A stretch of 64,000 bases of DNA. Source: the human T2T-CHM13v2.0 reference genome, Homo sapiens. A program made the translations under genes and the position numbers. Positions 46,468-64,000 of this stretch are shown here, one piece after another (position 1 is the stretch's first letter; the number at the start of each line of letters is the position of its first letter). The notes under the pieces were generated by a model. It worked only from the letters and a program-made list of their open reading frames with translations. It had not been told where the DNA came from and did no database searches. Where the stretch lies: assembly GCF_009914755.1 (NCBI RefSeq), contig NC_060939.1; one strand, written 5' to 3'.

Positions 46468-46889
46468 TTAGTGTACTGCCACGGAAATGCTGGGCATCAT
46501 TAGGAAGAGAATCAGTACCAAATAAACAAAGATAAAAATAAACTTCCATCTGTGTAAAACCAAGGTTTGTTTATATTTGTGATACTGTGTATTCTGTTGA
46601 CCCCGAAGAAGTATTTATCAAAGCTGATGACCAAAGAAGGTGAAGGCTTTAATGAATACATGCAAAGAAAAAAAAAATTCAGCTTTTAAAGACAAAGGGA
46701 ATATAATGTCAAGTGATGAAAAGAACATATAGACTTGATCACCAGTTCTTAGGATCCTGTATTAGATATGGAACACTCAGGTTAGAAGTGATTTTAGCTT
46801 AATGATTGGGCTACTCTTATAAATAGTAAATAAATAAAATATGTTTAACGGCGGTAGAAATTTAAAAATGGAAGATAAAGTGTTTGCAT

Positions 46890-47560
<671 letters not shown>

Positions 47561-47681
47561 ATAAGATTTTTGATAAATTATTGGATTGGTACATTATATA
47601 ATAACCTGTTAAGGGAATACAGGAGTATTTGAGGAAGTATATCCTTGACTTTTCCTAAAATTATTTAAAGTTTATTTTATC

Positions 47682-58544
<10,863 letters not shown>

Positions 58545-59049
58545 TAGAGTTATCATTTCATAAGAGATTATGTTTCCTTTACCTTGTGAGTAACTTTTTT
58601 CATAGTTTGTACATCATATCATCCACCCCCACTTTTTGCTCATCTCTTATAAAGTAGGATCTATGTAGACTTGGCATTTACTAATAAATAGTGGTTGGTT
58701 GCTGTTAACACTAAGATCTCCACTTGGGTAATGGATATATTTTCTTCCCACATCTACAGCTAAATGGCAGATAAATGTGCACACCTCTCCCCCTTAAATT
58801 CCTGTTGCTAGCAGGCATTCACCTGGCTCCCCTCCTTTGCTCTTCTACTGTGACATCTTTTCTTGCCCCTACACCCTAGTTCTTTGACATTGCTCTGAGG
58901 GAATAGGTAAAAAAGTACAATTTGTCTTGTCTGTGTCCTATCTGTGGCATTTACAGATCTCTACAAAGTTAGAGATCCACTTTGCAGAATTCACTGTGAC
59001 ACTACTGGCTTGTTCTTTCTACTCAATTACCTTATAAAAATTACTTTTT

Positions 59050-59453
<404 letters not shown>

Positions 59454-59494
59454 CTAGATGGCACACTCCTCAAGTCTTGTTAGTCAGGAGATAG

Positions 59495-59778
<284 letters not shown>

Positions 59779-60721
59779 ATAAATTGCACTTTTAATACCC
59801 CATCACCACCACCCCCTTTTGTAGCCAATCTCTGTTTCCTATGGTGTGAGGCCTGGTGTTTGTCAATACAGTGCCATCAGTATTACATGAGAAAGTGAAG
59901 AGTTATTCTACATCCTGGTGTTAGGATTTTTAGTAGTGTCCAGTTTTTCATAGAGTAAACATTTTTCTTTATTTGTGTGTCGTCCTATTTTAGTGGGAAG
60001 TGGGAAAGGCCACTTTGAATCCTGCTATTGAGATAATAATTTGAAACCTGGAGTTTTAGAAGGCTGTTTCAGCTTCTCTGAACTTAAGCTGATTGGTTGA
60101 GTCCCCTCTGAGATTGTCTCCTCTAGTTCAAGTCTTAGCCCCCTGTCCTGAAGTTGCATTTTCCCCAGTTCTGCTTGTTTTTCTCTTTCATTCTTAACCA
60201 TAAGACTTTTCCTTCCCAATAGTAGGAGGAATCTATACTATTTGTACTAGAGATAGACCCTGTTAGAGAGTTTTTAAAGCTTTTGCTAGATCATGTTCTG
60301 CGTCTCTGATAATGTAAGAAAAAGCAAGGAGAAATGGGGGTATAAGTAAAGTTGTGCTAGAGCTTGCATCTGTGATATGCCAGGACCTGTATTGATTGAG
60401 GAAGGGTTGCCAGCTGACAGTGGTAGTAGAAATAGGTCTCTTAGGAGTGGGAAATTAACTCTAGAGGACTCCTAGTTAAGACTTACCATGGAATCTCTGG
60501 GCAATTGGAAATACTGTACTTTCCCCTAGGGAGATGGAGTGGGAATTGATTTTTCCTTAGGTCCAATGTAACTTGGTTAGAAATACAATTGAACCTGTTT
60601 GTCATGTCTGTTGTGATATGATAGCCCCATAGGAAGGGTCTGTTTTTGTGTGGGAGTTTATTTCAGGCGTCTCTTGCCTGTATTGTTTCTTTTAACAGCT
60701 TTTTAAATTTTCTTTTTCCAG

Positions 60722-61595
60722 CAATGATGTTGTCCACTGGGCATGTACTGACCAATGTGGCAGGTCTGAGAACATAGCTGAAGCTGAAAATAGGAAAGCT
60801 GGGGGCAAGGAAGAGCCTTGAATCTTGAGGTGGGACGTTGACTCTAAGATGTCCTTGAGCAGTGGAGCCTCCGGAGGGAAAGGAGTGGATGCAAACCCGG
60901 TTGAGACATACGACAGTGGGGATGAATGGGACATTGGAGTAGGGAATCTCATCATTGACCTGGACGCCGATCTGGAAAAGGACCAGCAGAAACTGGAAAT
61001 GTCAGGCTCAAAGGAGGTGGGGATACCGGCTCCCAATGCTGTGGCCACACTACCAGACAACATCAAGTTTGTGACCCCAGTGCCAGGTCCTCAAGGGAAG
61101 GAAGGCAAATCAAAATCCAAAAGGAGTAAGAGTGGCAAAGACACTAGCAAACCCACTCCAGGGACTTCCCTGTTCACTCCAAGTGAGGGGGCAGCTAGCA
61201 AGAAAGAGGTGCAGGGGCGCTCAGGAGATGGTGCCAATGCTGGAGGCCTGGTTGCTGCTATTGCTCCCAAGGGCTCAGAGAAGGCGGCTAAGGCATCCCG
61301 CAGTGTAGCCGGTTCCAAAAAGGAGAAGGAGAACAGCTCATCTAAGAGCAAGAAGGAGAGAAGCGAAGGAGTGGGGACTTGTTCAGAAAAGGATCCTGGG
61401 GTCCTCCAGCCAGTTCCCTTGGGAGGACGGGGTGGTCAGTATGATGGAAGTGCAGGGGTGGATACAGGAGCTGTGGAGCCACTTGGGAGTATAGCTATTG
61501 AGCCTGGGGCAGCGCTCAATCCTTTGGGAACTAAACCGGAGCCAGAGGAAGGGGAGAATGAGTGTCGCCTGCTAAAGAAAGTCAAGTCTGAAAAG
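60722..61595 (+). ncRNA. ZNF609: ZNF609 exon 2 (874 nt) = circ-ZNF609 back-spliced circular RNA carrying a 753-nt ORF
   Basis: Acceptor ttttctttttccAG at 60720-60721 and donor after 61595 give 874 nt. The back-splice reads AAG|CAA TGA. Length and ORF match the published circ-ZNF609 as I recall it. Confidence 0.9.
60849..61595 (+). CDS. ZNF609: ZNF609 first coding exon (exon 2), codons 1-249: MSLSSGASGGKGVDANPVETYDSGDEWDIGVGNLIIDLDADLEKD...RLLKKVKSEK; the gene continues beyond the window
   Basis: ATG at 60849 (aagATGt) with an in-frame upstream TGA at 60819. The N-terminal motif is typical of ZNF608/ZNF609. Donor AAG|GTAAGA at 61596, phase 0. Confidence 0.96.
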
Positions 61596-64000
61596 GTAAG
61601 AGGTGGCCAGATATGGCTGCCCACTGACTGCCAGTCAGAACTGCCCTGGACTAACTGCCAAATACTATGTGTACTCTGTGGGAGGCTCATTAGTGTGTGG
61701 GTAATGACCAATTACAAGGTCAGAGCAGCTGGTAATGATAATGTGGTTTTCTTCCAAATTAGAGGATTCCCCTACAGACTCATTTACAGCAGGCCTGGAC
61801 ATTGTGGAACAGGATATTTGTTGTTGGGGGCAGCTACTTTGTAGAATGAACTTTCTGTAGTCTGAGTTGAGACCTTCCCACCTTGTCTTTGCCCACCTCA
61901 GACACTTGTTGGTAGAGATTGGCATCAGACCTTTATTTGTTTCCCAGCTTGACTGGCATTTCATCATCAGACTCATAATAGTTGATAAACAATACGCCTT
62001 TGGTGATAATGTAGATTGAGTACGGTTCTTGATGGGATAAATGGTGCTGTTGGGTCTCTGGTAGAACAAAGGGCTAAATTTCATGGCATATCTACGAAGT
62101 GTTCTATTGCCGGCTACCAAAGAGCAAAGGGGCACATTTTGAGGGCAAGAGGTACTCATTGTACTTTGAGGTACTTAGATCTTATGAGTTATTGTTGTGG
62201 TTATGACAGTTTGGCCTAGGAAGAGATTGGCCATTAAAGGTGTAGCTTCATGCCAGGTATCTCCCACAACTATTAGGAATCAAAGTCTCCTCGTGGTTTA
62301 ATAGCTGCCAACAGTGTAATGATACCTTGCCTTCTGCTTGACTTGGAAGGACAGGTGCCTGCAGCCCCAGGAGGGGTTAGAACTGAGTCCCTCCTCTGGG
62401 AAGATGATCTTAGTTCATGCTTTAGGAAATGGAACTTGCAGGGCTGGAGGAGAATGGGTGTGAGTCTAGGGTCAGCTCAGGCAGCATTAAACTTCAGCAG
62501 CTTATTCCTGCAAAACAGTGGCCTTGTGGTGAGCTGTTCATTGGCTCTTGATTTTCTGCTCTGTGCTCTGCTCATCCTGTGCTTTCAGCTGATCCCAGCA
62601 GATGCAGTATAAATTGATTTCTCTGTAATTAGATCAGCTGCAGCAGGGAATACCTATTTCCATATGTAAGTGTTAATAAATAAAGGCTGGATGTGTATGT
62701 TTGGGTGGTGGTGCCCTCTTAGTGCCTGTATTCCAGTGGTAGCTCATGCTTTCTTTGCTGTCGGTATTTTGGTCTTTGCCTCTGGCACATCTGTAGCTCT
62801 TAGCAACATCTGGGCTTCTCCAGTAGCAGGTCTGTGAGTTTCTTCCGCTAATAATACAGTGGCTCATTCCCTTTTACCAGTGGCAGCTGCCAGAGAGGCT
62901 GCCTGTGTTTAGGTGGCAGATGCTATAGTCCACTTCAGCAGAGTCAGGTTCCAGCTGGTTACTAGCTTGGCTCATCCTGTGCTGGCTGTGATTTGCTATT
63001 TTCTCTCGGGTACAGATGGATAATACTGTTTTAAAGAGGCTTAGGAGTACTAGCAGTTGTTGCTTCTGTTCCAGGCCCATTAGACTGTTCCCTACATCTG
63101 GCTTCAAGAAACTCTTGCCATATATCCATATTCATAATCATTATTCTTCCTGTGCTAAAAAGTACTTCTGAGGATGACCTTCATTCTCCTATCTAAATTT
63201 TAGAGTACTTATGTTGCAACCTTCTAAGCCCAGTGATAGTCTGTGGATGAAAGGATTAATATTGCTTAGCTTTATGTTGGATTTAAGTGTAAATGTCCAT
63301 GATTGTCTCTAACAGAGAAGCAAATGGAACCCATTTTCTCACATAGAGGTGCAGGGACTGATTGGGTGGCTGCCCTTCAGATTATAATTGGGCTGAAAGA
63401 TGCAGTATGTTCAGCTAAGAATACATCCTGGTGCCAGGGAGTTTTGTCCCTTAATAATGTTGCTTTGCCATATAAGCTTTGCCTCCCAGGGAGACTCTGA
63501 GAATGGGGCAGCAGAATGAGAAAGAAAAGGGAAAGAGACTGTGCTTCAGTTTTTGAAAGATAGAGAAAATTGCTGGCAATTACTTTTAGAAGCAGAAAAT
63601 TTGCTATACAGTTTCATGTAACCATAAGCAAGAACCTGCTTTCTCAATTCCTTCCCCTGTTCCCTCAACCCTTTTGGACAGTCTGGTCCTGAGGGTGCCT
63701 TTCCATATTACCTTTGGCTATTGAAATAAATAATTATTTAAATAAATGTTTGGAAGTTGCTAGGAGATTAAAACATGCTGTGCAGGGAGAGAACATTTCT
63801 GGACTGGGAGGAGCAGAAGAGGCAAGTTAAAGGAAAGGAAGTTAGGAACCATGCAGAGGAGCGGTTTTTGAGAAACAACAATCTCCGGTTTGGGGCATAA
63901 TAGGTGCTCAGTGAGTATTTGATGATTAGTACTATAATTTATAAGCAAAGTCTTTGAAAACTTCTTTAAAATTTTCTCTCTGAGAAATGGGCTTGCCTGT

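Noticed and set aside
60825-60848. ORF-track start at TTG giving MRWDVDSK
   Set aside because: Near-cognate codon just after an in-frame stop; the authentic start is ATG 60849.
60722-61595. Rolling-circle (infinite) translation of the canonical circle
   Set aside because: 874 is not divisible by 3, and a TGA follows one codon after the junction, with backup stops at 60749 and 60767.
60692-61711. Antisense ORFs (124, 86 and 91 aa) over ZNF609 exon 2
   Set aside because: Shadow ORFs of the coding strand; no antisense promoter or splice evidence.

Overview
Human/primate genomic DNA, recognisable as the TRIP4-ZNF609 junction (15q22.31 from memory), with both genes on the + strand. It contains the last two exons of TRIP4/ASC-1 (6429-6531; 16419 to ~16725, stop at 16484-16486), about 5.3 kb of intergenic DNA, the ZNF609 CpG-island promoter and non-coding exon 1 (donor after 22264), a ~38.5 kb Alu-saturated intron 1, and ZNF609 exon 2 (60722-61595, 874 nt). 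The main signal is exon 2. Joining its donor back to its own acceptor gives ...GAA AAG|CAA TGA, which closes a 753-nt ORF (250 aa) starting at the normal ZNF609 ATG. This is the protein-coding circular RNA circ-ZNF609, already described in the literature. Less familiar features near it are an AUGAUG stop/start overlap at the back-splice junction, an upstream AG that would give a 897-nt in-frame circle, and a candidate poison/terminal mini-exon with a poly(A) signal about 1 kb downstream. Other notable items are a Y1-RNA retrocopy whose target-site duplication copied the TRIP4 splice donor, a tailless 36-nt U2 retrocopy, and a recursive-splice-like site in intron 1. Nearly all ORFs in the supplied track are Alu or chance artefacts. 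Repeat boundaries and subfamilies were judged by eye and are approximate.
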